DNA of 64,000 bases from Anaerolineales bacterium (GTDB taxonomy: Bacteria > Chloroflexota > Anaerolineae > Anaerolineales > RBG-16-64-43), in contig JBEKHT010000008.1 in the NCBI GenBank assembly GCA_050012135.1, positions 3,773 through 67,772 of the forward strand, written 5' to 3'. Positions within the stretch are counted from its first letter, which is position 1. Every line of letters starts with the position of its first letter. Positions 27,377 to 36,275 of this stretch are shown in pieces. The notes under the pieces are model-generated. The model was not told where the DNA came from, searched no databases, and worked only from the letters and a program-made list of their open reading frames with translations. Position numbers and translations under genes: made by a program.

Positions 27377-28354
27377 ATGCAGACACACCTGAAGGGGCGC
27401 GATCTGATCAGTGATCTGGATTTCAGCCGGGAAGAGGTCGAAACCGTGCTGGATGTGGCCTTCGACCTCAAGCGCAAACGGGCGCTGGGCGAACCTCATC
27501 CCATCTTGCGCGACAAGGTCCTGGCGATGCTTTTCTTCTTCAGCAGCACGCGCACACGCGGGTCCTTCGAAGCGGGGATGGCTCAACTGGGGGGGCACGC
27601 AGCCTTCATCGAGAGCCGGACGACCCAGATCGCGCATGGCGACACCCCCAAGGAGATTGGTGAGATTTTTGGGCGATATTTCGATGGCATTGCCATCCGG
27701 CACGTGGACTGGGGTGTCGGGAACGGATATCTCAGAGAGGTCGCCCGCGCCTCCCGAGTCCCGGTGCTGAACATGCAGTGTGACATCTACCATCCGTTCC
27801 AGATTCTGGCGGATCTGATGACGATCGTGGAGAAGAAGGGTCGGGACCTGCGCCACAAGAAGATGGTGGTTTCTTGGGCCTATGCGGCCTCGTATCAGAA
27901 GCCGATGTCGGTTCCTCAATCGCTCATCCTGCAGATGCCGCGCTTCGGATTGGACGTGGTCCTGGCACACCCGCCGGAGTTCCGCTTGATGCCGGAGATC
28001 GTCAGCCAGGCCAGGGAACAGGCCAAGGAATTCGGGGCTGGTTTTGAAGTCGTGGACGACATGGAAGCGGCTTTCCGGGATGCGGACATCATCTACGCCA
28101 AGTCCTGGGGGGCATTGGTCCACACGCCCGACCCGGATGAGGGTGCTAGAATCATTCAGAAGTACCCGCATTGGATCACCGACGAGAGGAAGATGGCCCT
28201 CGCCAAAAAGGATGCCATCTACATGCACCCCCTGCCGGCCGACCGCAACATCGAAGTCACCGACGGCGTGATGGACGGACCGCATTCGGTCGTCTATGAT
28301 GAGGCCGAGAATCGCTTGCACGCCCAGAAGGCGGTCATGGCTCTGACGATGTAG
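27377..28354 (+). CDS. Knotted-type carbamoyltransferase (AOTCase/SOTCase/YgeW clade), substrate unassigned
   Basis: FFFSSTRTR, YHPFQILADL, DIIYAKSWGAL, ITDERKMAL, MHPLPADRN, DEAENRLHAQKAVMA. These match my recollection of Xanthomonas N-acetylornithine transcarbamylase and its relatives. ATG at 27377 follows GGAGAGGA; the track ORF start at 27173 is spurious. Confidence 0.85.
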   Translation: MQTHLKGRDLISDLDFSREEVETVLDVAFDLKRKRALGEPHPILRDKVLAMLFFFSSTRTRGSFEAGMAQLGGHAAFIESRTTQIAHGDTPKEIGEIFGRYFDGIAIRHVDWGVGNGYLREVARASRVPVLNMQCDIYHPFQILADLMTIVEKKGRDLRHKKMVVSWAYAASYQKPMSVPQSLILQMPRFGLDVVLAHPPEFRLMPEIVSQAREQAKEFGAGFEVVDDMEAAFRDADIIYAKSWGALVHTPDPDEGARIIQKYPHWITDERKMALAKKDAIYMHPLPADRNIEVTDGVMDGPHSVVYDEAENRLHAQKAVMALTM

Positions 28355-28360
28355 GAGAGA

Positions 28361-29329
28361 GTGTCGATGAGCGGGCCAAGCAAGAAAGTCGCCGTCGTTG
28401 CCATTGGCGGCAACTCGCTGATCCGGGACCCGAAACGCGTCTCGGTGGAAGACCAGGAGGATGCGTTGCGGGAGACCGCTCGCCATATTGTCGACATGGT
28501 CGCGGCCGGATGGGACGTGGCCATTGGGCATGGCAATGGACCTCAGGTCGGCTTCATCCTGCGGCGCTCGGAGATTGCGGCCAAGGCCGAGGGGATGCAC
28601 GAGGTTCCGCTGGACGTGTGCGGGGCCGACAGCCAAGGGGCGATCGGGTACGAATTCCAGCAGGCGCTGCAAAACGAACTCTTTCGTTGCGGCATCAAGA
28701 AGAACGTGTGCACCGTGATCACCCAAACCCTGGTGGATAAGGACGACCCGGCCTTCCAGAATCCGAGCAAACCTATCGGCAGCTTCATGGAGGAAGACGA
28801 GGCGAGGCGTCGTGAGAGAGAAATGGGCTGGAGTGTGGTTGAGGATGCCGGGCGGGGCTGGAGGCGCGTGGTAGCCTCCCCGTTGCCCAAGGAGATCGTC
28901 GAGCTGGATTCGGTCCGGACGCTGATCCACGCGGGCGTTCTGGTCATCACGGTGGGGGGCGGCGGTATCCCGGTCATTGATGCGGGCGGCGGCCAATATC
29001 GTGGCACGGCCGCTGTCATTGACAAGGACTTCGGCTGCAGTCTGCTCGCGCGCGAAATCAAGGCGGACCTTTTCCTGATCGCTACGGCCGTCGAGAGAGT
29101 CGCCCTCCATTTCGGGCAGCCCGACCAGAAATGGCTTGAGCGGATGACTTTGGCCGAGGCCAAACGGTATCTGGCCGAAGGGATACACTTTGCCAAAGGC
29201 TCCATGGCCCCCAAGATCCAGGCGATCATCTGGTACTTGGAAGCCGGTGGCAAACAGGCGCTGATCACCAACCCGGAGAATATCGGCCGGGCCTTGGATG
29301 GGAAGACGGGCACATGGATCGTGCCCTGA
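28361..29329 (+). CDS. arcC: Carbamate kinase
   Basis: KVAVVAIGGNSL, GHGNGPQVG, DKDF, MAPKI motifs. About 320 aa. Confidence 0.9.
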   Translation: MSMSGPSKKVAVVAIGGNSLIRDPKRVSVEDQEDALRETARHIVDMVAAGWDVAIGHGNGPQVGFILRRSEIAAKAEGMHEVPLDVCGADSQGAIGYEFQQALQNELFRCGIKKNVCTVITQTLVDKDDPAFQNPSKPIGSFMEEDEARRREREMGWSVVEDAGRGWRRVVASPLPKEIVELDSVRTLIHAGVLVITVGGGGIPVIDAGGGQYRGTAAVIDKDFGCSLLAREIKADLFLIATAVERVALHFGQPDQKWLERMTLAEAKRYLAEGIHFAKGSMAPKIQAIIWYLEAGGKQALITNPENIGRALDGKTGTWIVP

Positions 29330-29480
29330 CTTCTGCGACCGAGGGCCGGACAGAATCGAGTCGAGTGCAACTATGGTATTTCTGAGCGGACCGCGGAAAG
29401 GAGGTGACGGGGAAGGCAAGAATCCTTTCGTGTTTGGCGACCATGAGTTGTTCACCGATTTCTAGTGACCCTAAAGGAGG

Positions 29481-30836
29481 ATGAACGTGATCCGTAAAGC
29501 GCTCAAGTACATCGCCTTACCGGGCATGGCACTCGTGTTCGTGCTGACGGCCTGCGGACCTGCTGCCACGCCGACCGCCGCTCCCGCCCCAGCGGCCACC
29601 TCGGCGCCCGCCGTGGTCCCGACTTCGGCGCCGACCGTGGCACCCACCGCCGCTGCCACAGCAGCTGCAACGGTTGCTGCTGCGGCCGCGCCGACCGCGA
29701 CTTTGGCTCCTGTGGGAACTGCATTCCCATCTGGCCAGATGTTCACCATCGGTATGATTCTGGTTGGTCCCTACAATGACTCGGGTTGGAGCCAGGCTAC
29801 CTACGAAGGTGGCGAGTATGCAATTGCTAATGTTCCCAATACCAAGCTGATCTATATCGACAACGGCTTCAGCCATCAGGGCTCGACACCGGCCCAGCTG
29901 GCCGAGCAGCTGCTGGCGAAGGGTGCCAACATGATCATCTTCAACTCGGATGATTTCAAGGATGAGTCCAATACCTTCGCCAAGAACCATCCGACCATCC
30001 CGACCATCATGCTTTCGGGCGATCAGTCCTGGGCGCAGGGTCAGGCGTATCTGATCCTCCCCAACATGGCCAACATCATGGGCAAGATGGAGTACATGAA
30101 GATGCTCGCGGGATGCGCGGCCGCCATGACCACCCAGACCGGCAAGATCGGCTACCTGGGTCCGCTGATCAACGACGAAACCCGCCGCCTGTCCTCTTCC
30201 GCCTACCTGGGCGCCAAATACTGCTGGACCAATGTCCTGAAGAAGGATCCGTCGGCGCTGCAATTCCAGGTGACCTGGATCGGATACTGGTTCAACGAAC
30301 CTGGCACGACGCTGGATCCGACCAAGGTCGCGGATGCCTTCTTTAACACCGGCTTTGATGTGGTCATGTCGGGCATTGACACTTCCGAGGCGGTGGTCGA
30401 GGCGAAGAAGATGACCGGGGCCGGCGAGAAGGTCTATGCCGTTGGCTATGACTACAAAGGCAACTGCAGCGCAGGTCCGTCGGTCTGCCTGGGCGTTCCC
30501 TATTTCAACTGGGGCCCGGGGATCGCGGCCGAGGTCAAGAAGGCGATGGCGGGCACTTTCACCCAGGACTGGCAGTGGTTGGGCCCGGACTGGACGAACA
30601 TCAATAATCCGGATACCAGCAATGTCGGCTTCGTGAAGGGCCAGGCTCTCAGCCCGGCTGCCTCTGCTGCGGTCGATCAGCTGACCGCTGCCCTGGCGGG
30701 CGGCCTGGATCTTTGGACCGGCCCGTTGAGCCTGCAGGATGGGACCCAGTACCTGGGATCTGGCGTGGCCGCCACCCCGCAGCAGCTCTGGTACCTGCCG
30801 CAACTGCTCCTGGGCATGGCCGGCAGCAGCAAGTAA
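29481..30836 (+). CDS. BMP-family (PnrA/Med-like) ABC transporter substrate-binding lipoprotein
   Basis: Lipobox VLTAC followed by a long Ala/Pro/Thr linker. IGMILVGPYNDSGWSQATYEGG is typical of basic-membrane-protein nucleoside-binding proteins. Confidence 0.87.
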   Translation: MNVIRKALKYIALPGMALVFVLTACGPAATPTAAPAPAATSAPAVVPTSAPTVAPTAAATAAATVAAAAAPTATLAPVGTAFPSGQMFTIGMILVGPYNDSGWSQATYEGGEYAIANVPNTKLIYIDNGFSHQGSTPAQLAEQLLAKGANMIIFNSDDFKDESNTFAKNHPTIPTIMLSGDQSWAQGQAYLILPNMANIMGKMEYMKMLAGCAAAMTTQTGKIGYLGPLINDETRRLSSSAYLGAKYCWTNVLKKDPSALQFQVTWIGYWFNEPGTTLDPTKVADAFFNTGFDVVMSGIDTSEAVVEAKKMTGAGEKVYAVGYDYKGNCSAGPSVCLGVPYFNWGPGIAAEVKKAMAGTFTQDWQWLGPDWTNINNPDTSNVGFVKGQALSPAASAAVDQLTAALAGGLDLWTGPLSLQDGTQYLGSGVAATPQQLWYLPQLLLGMAGSSK

Positions 30837-30854
30837 CCATTCCTGATACTGATG

Positions 30855-30884
30855 ATTGGGGGAAGGCAGGCGCCTTCCCCCAAT
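30855..30884 (+). terminator. GC-rich hairpin downstream of the substrate-binding-protein gene (possible attenuator or partial terminator)
   Basis: ATTGGGGGAAGGC (30855-30867), a 4-nt loop, then GCCTTCCCCCAAT (30872-30884): a perfect 13-bp stem. The weak T-tract (TCTTAA) keeps confidence limited. Confidence 0.4.
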
Positions 30885-31111
30885 TCTTAAGCACCTGACA
30901 CAGGGGTGCAATCGTTTGTCCGGAAGGGATGCCGATCGTGAGGTAGGATAAATGCAGCAGTTCTGAGCCGAAGCCGGTATACCAAGGGCGCAAGAGGGCT
31001 GGAGCTTGAGAGGCAGTCGTCACACAAGTAAAAGGTTCTCGCCTCCCGCTCGCGAAGAGATCCAGGGACCCCTCCAAATGAACCAACAGTTCGCCATTCA
31101 GGGAAAGAACC

Positions 31112-32623
31112 ATGAACGTTGAACTCAAGGACATCCATAAGACATTCGGTGCGGTGCATGCCAACGCGGGCATCAGCATGGACATCCCGGGAGGGACGAT
31201 CCAGGGCATCCTCGGGGAGAACGGTGCGGGCAAGAGCACCCTGATGAAGATCTTATCCGGATTTATTCGGGCGGACCAGGGCGAAATCCTGCTCGACGGC
31301 CACCCGGTTTCCATTCATTCACCTGCCGATGCCATTCGGAATGGGGTGGGCATGCTCCACCAGGATCCGCTGGATTTCCCCCCGTTACGCGTCATCGATA
31401 ATTTCATCCTGGGCCGATCCGGCGGCCTGCTGCCCGGAGAGGGCGCAGCCCTGCAGGACTTCAAGAAGCTGGCCGGACAGTTCGGCTTCTCCTTGGACCC
31501 GCAGGCTTACGTGGATTCGCTGACCGTCGGGGAACGCCAGCAGCTGGAGATCCTGCGTTTGATCTGGCTGGGCGCCCGGGTGCTGATCTTTGACGAACCC
31601 ACCACCGGCATCAGCGCGCAGCAGAAAGTGAAACTCTTCGCAGCCCTGCGCCTGCTGGCCAAGCAGGGCATGACTGTGTTGTTCGTCTCACACAAGCTGG
31701 AGGACGTCGAAGGGCTGTGCGACAGCGTGGTGGTCCTGCGCCAGGGATACCTGGTTGGCAGCGTCAAACCCCCTTACGACACCCACCAGCTGGTTGAGAT
31801 GATGTTCGGCAAGGAGGTCACGTTGGGGGCGCGCAGCGCTGGTTGCGCGGGTGAGGTGGCCTTTTCCCTGCGCAACCTAGCTGTTGAGGATTACCGCCTG
31901 CACATTGGCGAGATCAACCTCGACATTTGCCACGGCGAGGTAATCGGCCTGGCCGGCATGGAAGGGAGCGGCCAGGCGCTTTTTCTGCGGGCGGTTGCTG
32001 GCCTGGTGCGGACGGTCGGCGGGCAGATCCTGCGGGGCGACCGGGATTTAACCGGCCGCAACTATCATTTCTACAAGCGGGGCGGGGTGGCGTTCTTACC
32101 CGCCTCCCGCCTGGAGGAAGGTTTGGTGGCTGGACTGAACCTGACCGAGCATGTCATTCTGGCGGAAGAGGCCACAGGTTTTTCCATTAATTGGGAAAAG
32201 GGCCGCCAGCTGGCGCAGAGCCGCATCACGGAATTCAATATTCATGGTACGCCGGTCAACACCGTCGAATCGCTGTCGGGGGGTAACCAGCAGCGGACCT
32301 TGCTGGCCCTGATGCGGGTCCCGCTCGATCTGATGCTACTGGAACACCCGACGCGCGGGCTGGACATCGAGTCTACCATTTATATCTGGAATAAGCTCAA
32401 GGAACGCTGCCAGCAGGGAACGTCGATCCTGTTTGTTTCTTCTGACCTGGATGAGATCCTGCAGTACAGTGATCGGGTGCTGGTCTTCTTCAGCGGCCGG
32501 GTGACGCCTCCATTGGATGTCTCGACATTAACTACGGAGAAACTCGGCGAGTTGATCGGCGGTATGGGCTGGCCGGAATCAAAGAACGAGGCAAGCGTCC
32601 ATGAAAGAAAACCAGTGGCTTAA
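31112..32623 (+). CDS. ABC transporter ATP-binding protein (tandem ATPase domains, sugar/nucleoside type)
   Basis: GENGAGKST Walker A, LSGGNQQR and LTVGERQQ signatures, two NBDs in 503 aa. Confidence 0.9.
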   Translation: MNVELKDIHKTFGAVHANAGISMDIPGGTIQGILGENGAGKSTLMKILSGFIRADQGEILLDGHPVSIHSPADAIRNGVGMLHQDPLDFPPLRVIDNFILGRSGGLLPGEGAALQDFKKLAGQFGFSLDPQAYVDSLTVGERQQLEILRLIWLGARVLIFDEPTTGISAQQKVKLFAALRLLAKQGMTVLFVSHKLEDVEGLCDSVVVLRQGYLVGSVKPPYDTHQLVEMMFGKEVTLGARSAGCAGEVAFSLRNLAVEDYRLHIGEINLDICHGEVIGLAGMEGSGQALFLRAVAGLVRTVGGQILRGDRDLTGRNYHFYKRGGVAFLPASRLEEGLVAGLNLTEHVILAEEATGFSINWEKGRQLAQSRITEFNIHGTPVNTVESLSGGNQQRTLLALMRVPLDLMLLEHPTRGLDIESTIYIWNKLKERCQQGTSILFVSSDLDEILQYSDRVLVFFSGRVTPPLDVSTLTTEKLGELIGGMGWPESKNEASVHERKPVA

Positions 32624-33638
32624 GATCGGTTTTCAACTGGCAGCGATCGTCCTGGCGCTGCTCTTTACTACCCTGGTCCTGTTGATGGCCGGCGCGTCGC
32701 CGCTGCAGGCCTACCTGAATGTGCTTGAGGGCATTTTCAGTTCCACCGCAGACATCACCAATGTCCTGGCCGCCTGGATTCCCCTGCTGCTGACCACCTC
32801 CGGTGTGCTGATCACCTTCGCGGCCGGCCTGTGGAATATCGGCATCGAGGGGCAGATCATGCTCGGAGCGGTCTTCACGACAGGAGCGCTGCGCCTGCTG
32901 GAGAACAGTTCGCTGGTCGGAGGATGGATCATCCTGCTCGGTTTTCTGGCGGGCCTGCTGGGCGGAGCCTTATGGGGGGCGCTGGCAGGCGTGCTGAAGA
33001 CCTTCGGCGGGGTCAATGAGATTTTTGGCGGGCTGGGGTTGAATTTTGTGGCCACCGCCTTCGCGCTCTACCTGATCATTGGCCCGTGGGGGCGGCCGGG
33101 AATTGCCTCGACAAGTGGGACCCTGCTCTTTCCGACCAGGCTCTGGTTGCCAACCCCGACCAACGTGGCACTCAGCCCCTGGGCATTGGTGGTGGGCATC
33201 CTGTCGGCCGTGCTGGTCTATTTCCTGTTGCGTGGAACCTACTTCGGTCTGCGCCTGAAAGCGGTGGGCAAGAACATGCGGGCAGCCTTTCTGCTGGGGG
33301 TCCCGACCTGGCAGTACAGCATGTACGCGTTCCTGCTGTGCGGCGCCTTCGCCGGCCTGGCGGGCGCGGTTCAGGTCACCGCTGTCTATCACCGCCTCAT
33401 TCCGACCATTTCAAGTGGGTATGGCTTCCTGGGCTTGTTGGTGGCCATGCTGATCAACTACCAGGCGATCTGGGCTGCACCCATTGCCCTGTTCTACGCA
33501 GCTTTGAACATTGGCGGCATTCAGCTGCCGATCGTGATGAAAATGGACTCATCCCTTTCGGGCGTACTGCAGGGGATCCTCGTCCTGTTCGTTTTGATGG
33601 TCGAGGGCGCCCGCCAGCGACTGTTTGAGAAACGATAG
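32601..33638 (+). CDS. ABC transporter permease (BMP/sugar-type)
   Basis: Multi-TM protein of 345 aa. Its start overlaps the ATPase gene. Confidence 0.85.
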   Translation: MKENQWLKIGFQLAAIVLALLFTTLVLLMAGASPLQAYLNVLEGIFSSTADITNVLAAWIPLLLTTSGVLITFAAGLWNIGIEGQIMLGAVFTTGALRLLENSSLVGGWIILLGFLAGLLGGALWGALAGVLKTFGGVNEIFGGLGLNFVATAFALYLIIGPWGRPGIASTSGTLLFPTRLWLPTPTNVALSPWALVVGILSAVLVYFLLRGTYFGLRLKAVGKNMRAAFLLGVPTWQYSMYAFLLCGAFAGLAGAVQVTAVYHRLIPTISSGYGFLGLLVAMLINYQAIWAAPIALFYAALNIGGIQLPIVMKMDSSLSGVLQGILVLFVLMVEGARQRLFEKR

Positions 33639-33647
33639 GTAGGGACT

Positions 33648-34646
33648 ATGACTTCCATAGGTCTTCTGATTAGTCTGGCAGGAATCCTGTACGGTGCGGC
33701 CCCGATCATGTTCGGAGTGATCGGCGAGACGATCACCGAACGGGCTGGCATCATCAACCTCTCCATGAACGGGACCATCCTGCTCTCGGCCATGGTCGGC
33801 TTTGCCGTAGCGTACGGGACCGGCAGCCTCCTCCTTGGCTTCCTGGCCGGCGCATTGATTGGCGGCCTTGTAGCGCTGGTCGTCGCATTCAGCAGCATCG
33901 CCCTCAAGCAGTCCCAGGTGGCGGTGGGCTTCGTGCTGGCCGTGCTCTGCCTTAATCTTTCGTATTTCCTCGGTCATGCGTATATCAGCAAGAACGGTCC
34001 AAGCATGAACATCCTCCCCATCGCAGGGCTGGACAAGATCCCCATTCTGGGAACGTTATTCTTTAGACAGGATTTGATGACCTACTTCAGTTTTGTGATC
34101 ATCTTCCTGACCTGGTTTTGGATCTACCGGACCCGCCCGGGGTTGATGCTGCGCGGGATCGGGGAACGCCCGGCCGCGGCCTATGTGCGCGGGGCGGATG
34201 TTAACCGCCTGCGCTACATCTATACCTTCCTGGGTGGGGCGATCGCAGGATTGGCGGGCCCGACCTTTTCCCTGGATGTTAAAGCCGGGTGGGCGGGACA
34301 GCTTTCCGGTCTGGATGGCTACGGCTGGATCGTCCTTTCGATCACCATCTTCGGCGGCTGGAATCCATTCCGAGCGGCCTTCGGAGTGTACCTGTTCTCC
34401 TTCCTGCAGTGGCTCGGCCTCGTGCTGCAGCCTGTCTTGCCCAACATCCCGACCCAGGTGCTGCAGGTGGCACCTTTCCCGCTCATGATCCTGACCCTGC
34501 TGCTGGTCAACATTGGGAATGCCGAATGGATCAATCGCATGATGGCCACCTTGCCTGAAGGGACCCGGCGGCTGGTAGCCCGCCTTTTGCGGGCTTTGCG
34601 CGCCTCGCCGCCGGCCTCGCTGGGCGTTCCCTTCGACAGCGAATGA
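33648..34646 (+). CDS. ABC transporter permease (BMP/sugar-type)
   Basis: Multi-TM protein of 332 aa, 9 nt after the previous permease. Confidence 0.85.
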   Translation: MTSIGLLISLAGILYGAAPIMFGVIGETITERAGIINLSMNGTILLSAMVGFAVAYGTGSLLLGFLAGALIGGLVALVVAFSSIALKQSQVAVGFVLAVLCLNLSYFLGHAYISKNGPSMNILPIAGLDKIPILGTLFFRQDLMTYFSFVIIFLTWFWIYRTRPGLMLRGIGERPAAAYVRGADVNRLRYIYTFLGGAIAGLAGPTFSLDVKAGWAGQLSGLDGYGWIVLSITIFGGWNPFRAAFGVYLFSFLQWLGLVLQPVLPNIPTQVLQVAPFPLMILTLLLVNIGNAEWINRMMATLPEGTRRLVARLLRALRASPPASLGVPFDSE

Positions 34647-34878
34647 CGGATGACCGGACTGCCCGTGTCCGGCTGGCCGAAGAACCCAACAAGCCGTGAA
34701 TAGAGACCCTGCCGGTTGAGGCCAATGCAGTGCGCGTTCGGCCGAGGGCGGCTTTGTGCGCTCGCAGCGTCTTTTTCCTGGAAGTGCGGGTCGCCGATCT
34801 TGGGCCCCGCAGGCGCGGCGGAGACCCGGCCTGGCCACGACAAGTGCTCGTGACCATTCCGGTGAAAAGAGGAAACGC

Positions 34879-36132
34879 ATGAACTTCCTGGGTTACCGCT
34901 GTTCGAGATGCTCGCGGGAGTACTCGCCGGGAGAAGCAACCTACCTCTGTCCCGCCGATGGCGGGAACCTCGATGTGGTACTCGACTACGATAAGCTGCG
35001 GACCGGGGTCGATCCACGCGAGCTTGAAACCTCGCCCCAGCGGTCTTTGTGGAGGTACCAGAGGTTGCTCCCCGTGGAAAACCTGGGCGAAGAGCGCACG
35101 CCCATGGGGGCGGTCGGCTGGACTCCCGTCTACGATGAGCCGGCCCTTGCCAGAGAACTTGGCCTTGGCCAATTGTGGCTGAAGGATGAAGGCCGCAACC
35201 CGACGGGCTCTCTCAAAGACAGGGCCAGCGCGGTCGTGCTCGCTCGCGCGAAAGAGATTGCGGCCAAGGTAGTCGTCACGGCCTCAACCGGGAACGCGGG
35301 TGCGGCCCTGGCCGGGTTAGCCGCTGCCTGCGGCCAACGGGCTGTTATCTTTGCACCAAGGGGTGCGCCCCCGGCCAAGGTCGCGCAGCTTCTGATCTAC
35401 GGGGCCACCGTCTTGCTGGTGGAGGGGAATTACGACCAGGCCTTTGACCTCTCCATTGAGACAGCCAACGAATTTGGATGGTATTGCCGCAACACGGGGT
35501 ATAACCCTTTCACCGTGGAGGGGAAGAAGACCGCCGCCTATGAAATCTGGGAACAAGTCCTGGAGGCAGGAGCCTCGCCAAAGAGCGGCCTTCCGGTCCC
35601 GGCGGTTGTTGTGTCGGTTGGAGATGGAAATATCATCTCCGGTCTCTACAAGGGGTTCCAGGATCTGCAGGCTCTCGGCTGGCTGGACCGAGTTCCGCGA
35701 CTGTTCGGGGTTCAGGCGGAGGGCTCTGCCGCCATCGCCAATGCCTGGCGGCAGGGGAGCGAGCGGATCGTGCCCGTCGCGGCCAGGACCTTGGCGGACA
35801 GCATTTCGGTGGATCTTCCTCGCGATGGCGTGCGCGCCGTGCGGGCCGTGTCGCAGTCGGGAGGAGCTTGCCTGACGGTGAGCGATGCGGACATCCTGGG
35901 GGCTATGGCTGACCTCGGGCGGGTTGGCGTGTTTGCGGAGCCGGCCGCAGCCGCCGCCCATGCCGGTCTCAAACAAGCCGTTCGCGAGGGCAGGCTGGGA
36001 CGCGAGGACCGCGTGCTGGTGATCATCACCGGAAGCGGCCTCAAGGACGTCCGGGCTGCCTCTCAAGCGGTCGGGAAGGCGAAGGTCATCGAGCCCAGGC
36101 TCAAGGCGGTGAAAGTGGCACTGGGGCTGTGA
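34879..36132 (+). CDS. Threonine synthase-like fold-type-II PLP enzyme with N-terminal (partly degenerate) zinc-ribbon
   Basis: YRCSRCS...YLCPADGGNLDV, then NPTGSLKDRAS (PLP-Lys motif) and TASTGNAGAA. ATG at 34879; the track ORF start at 34756 is an Arg-rich extension. Confidence 0.8.
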   Translation: MNFLGYRCSRCSREYSPGEATYLCPADGGNLDVVLDYDKLRTGVDPRELETSPQRSLWRYQRLLPVENLGEERTPMGAVGWTPVYDEPALARELGLGQLWLKDEGRNPTGSLKDRASAVVLARAKEIAAKVVVTASTGNAGAALAGLAAACGQRAVIFAPRGAPPAKVAQLLIYGATVLLVEGNYDQAFDLSIETANEFGWYCRNTGYNPFTVEGKKTAAYEIWEQVLEAGASPKSGLPVPAVVVSVGDGNIISGLYKGFQDLQALGWLDRVPRLFGVQAEGSAAIANAWRQGSERIVPVAARTLADSISVDLPRDGVRAVRAVSQSGGACLTVSDADILGAMADLGRVGVFAEPAAAAAHAGLKQAVREGRLGREDRVLVIITGSGLKDVRAASQAVGKAKVIEPRLKAVKVALGL

Positions 36133-36206
36133 TGCGGATCAAAGTCAGTTCCTGGACCCGACCTCGGTCGCCCGGCTGACCTGTCCGGGGGCGTCAGGAC
36201 GGGTTG

Positions 36207-36253
36207 AAGAAGGACCGCTCTGCCCGAATCTGGTGGCAGAGCGGTCCCTTCTT
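36207..36253. terminator. Bidirectional hairpin between convergent genes
   Basis: AAGAAGGACCGCTCTGCC, a 10-nt loop, then GGCAGAGCGGTCCCTTCTT: an 18-19 bp stem with one bulge. It lies between the stop at 36132 (+) and the stop at 36276 (-). Confidence 0.55.
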
Positions 36254-36275
36254 ATCAAGGCGGCGGCCGAAGGCC

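Noticed and set aside
26304-29329. Interpreting the carbamoyltransferase/carbamate kinase trio as pyrB plus the arginine deiminase pathway (arcB-arcC)
   Set aside because: No arcA, arcD, pyrI or pyrC is adjacent. The OTCase hallmark motifs SMG and HCLP are replaced by SWG and HPLP. The ATCase-like gene lacks the recalled Lys84 and Arg229 equivalents. This remains possible until a phylogeny is done, so it is recorded as an alternative rather than excluded.
27182-29455. A 757-aa minus-strand ORF spanning the antisense of the second carbamoyltransferase and carbamate kinase
   Set aside because: Its composition is Arg/His/Pro/Gly/Asp-rich with no recognisable motif. The + strand encodes two unmistakable enzymes with strong motifs and RBSs. 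Long antisense ORFs are an expected artefact of stop-codon-poor, GC-rich DNA.
29517-30911. A 464-aa minus-strand ORF antisense to the BMP lipoprotein gene
   Set aside because: Its composition is Arg/Gly/His-rich. The + strand gene has a lipobox, a BMP motif and an RBS.
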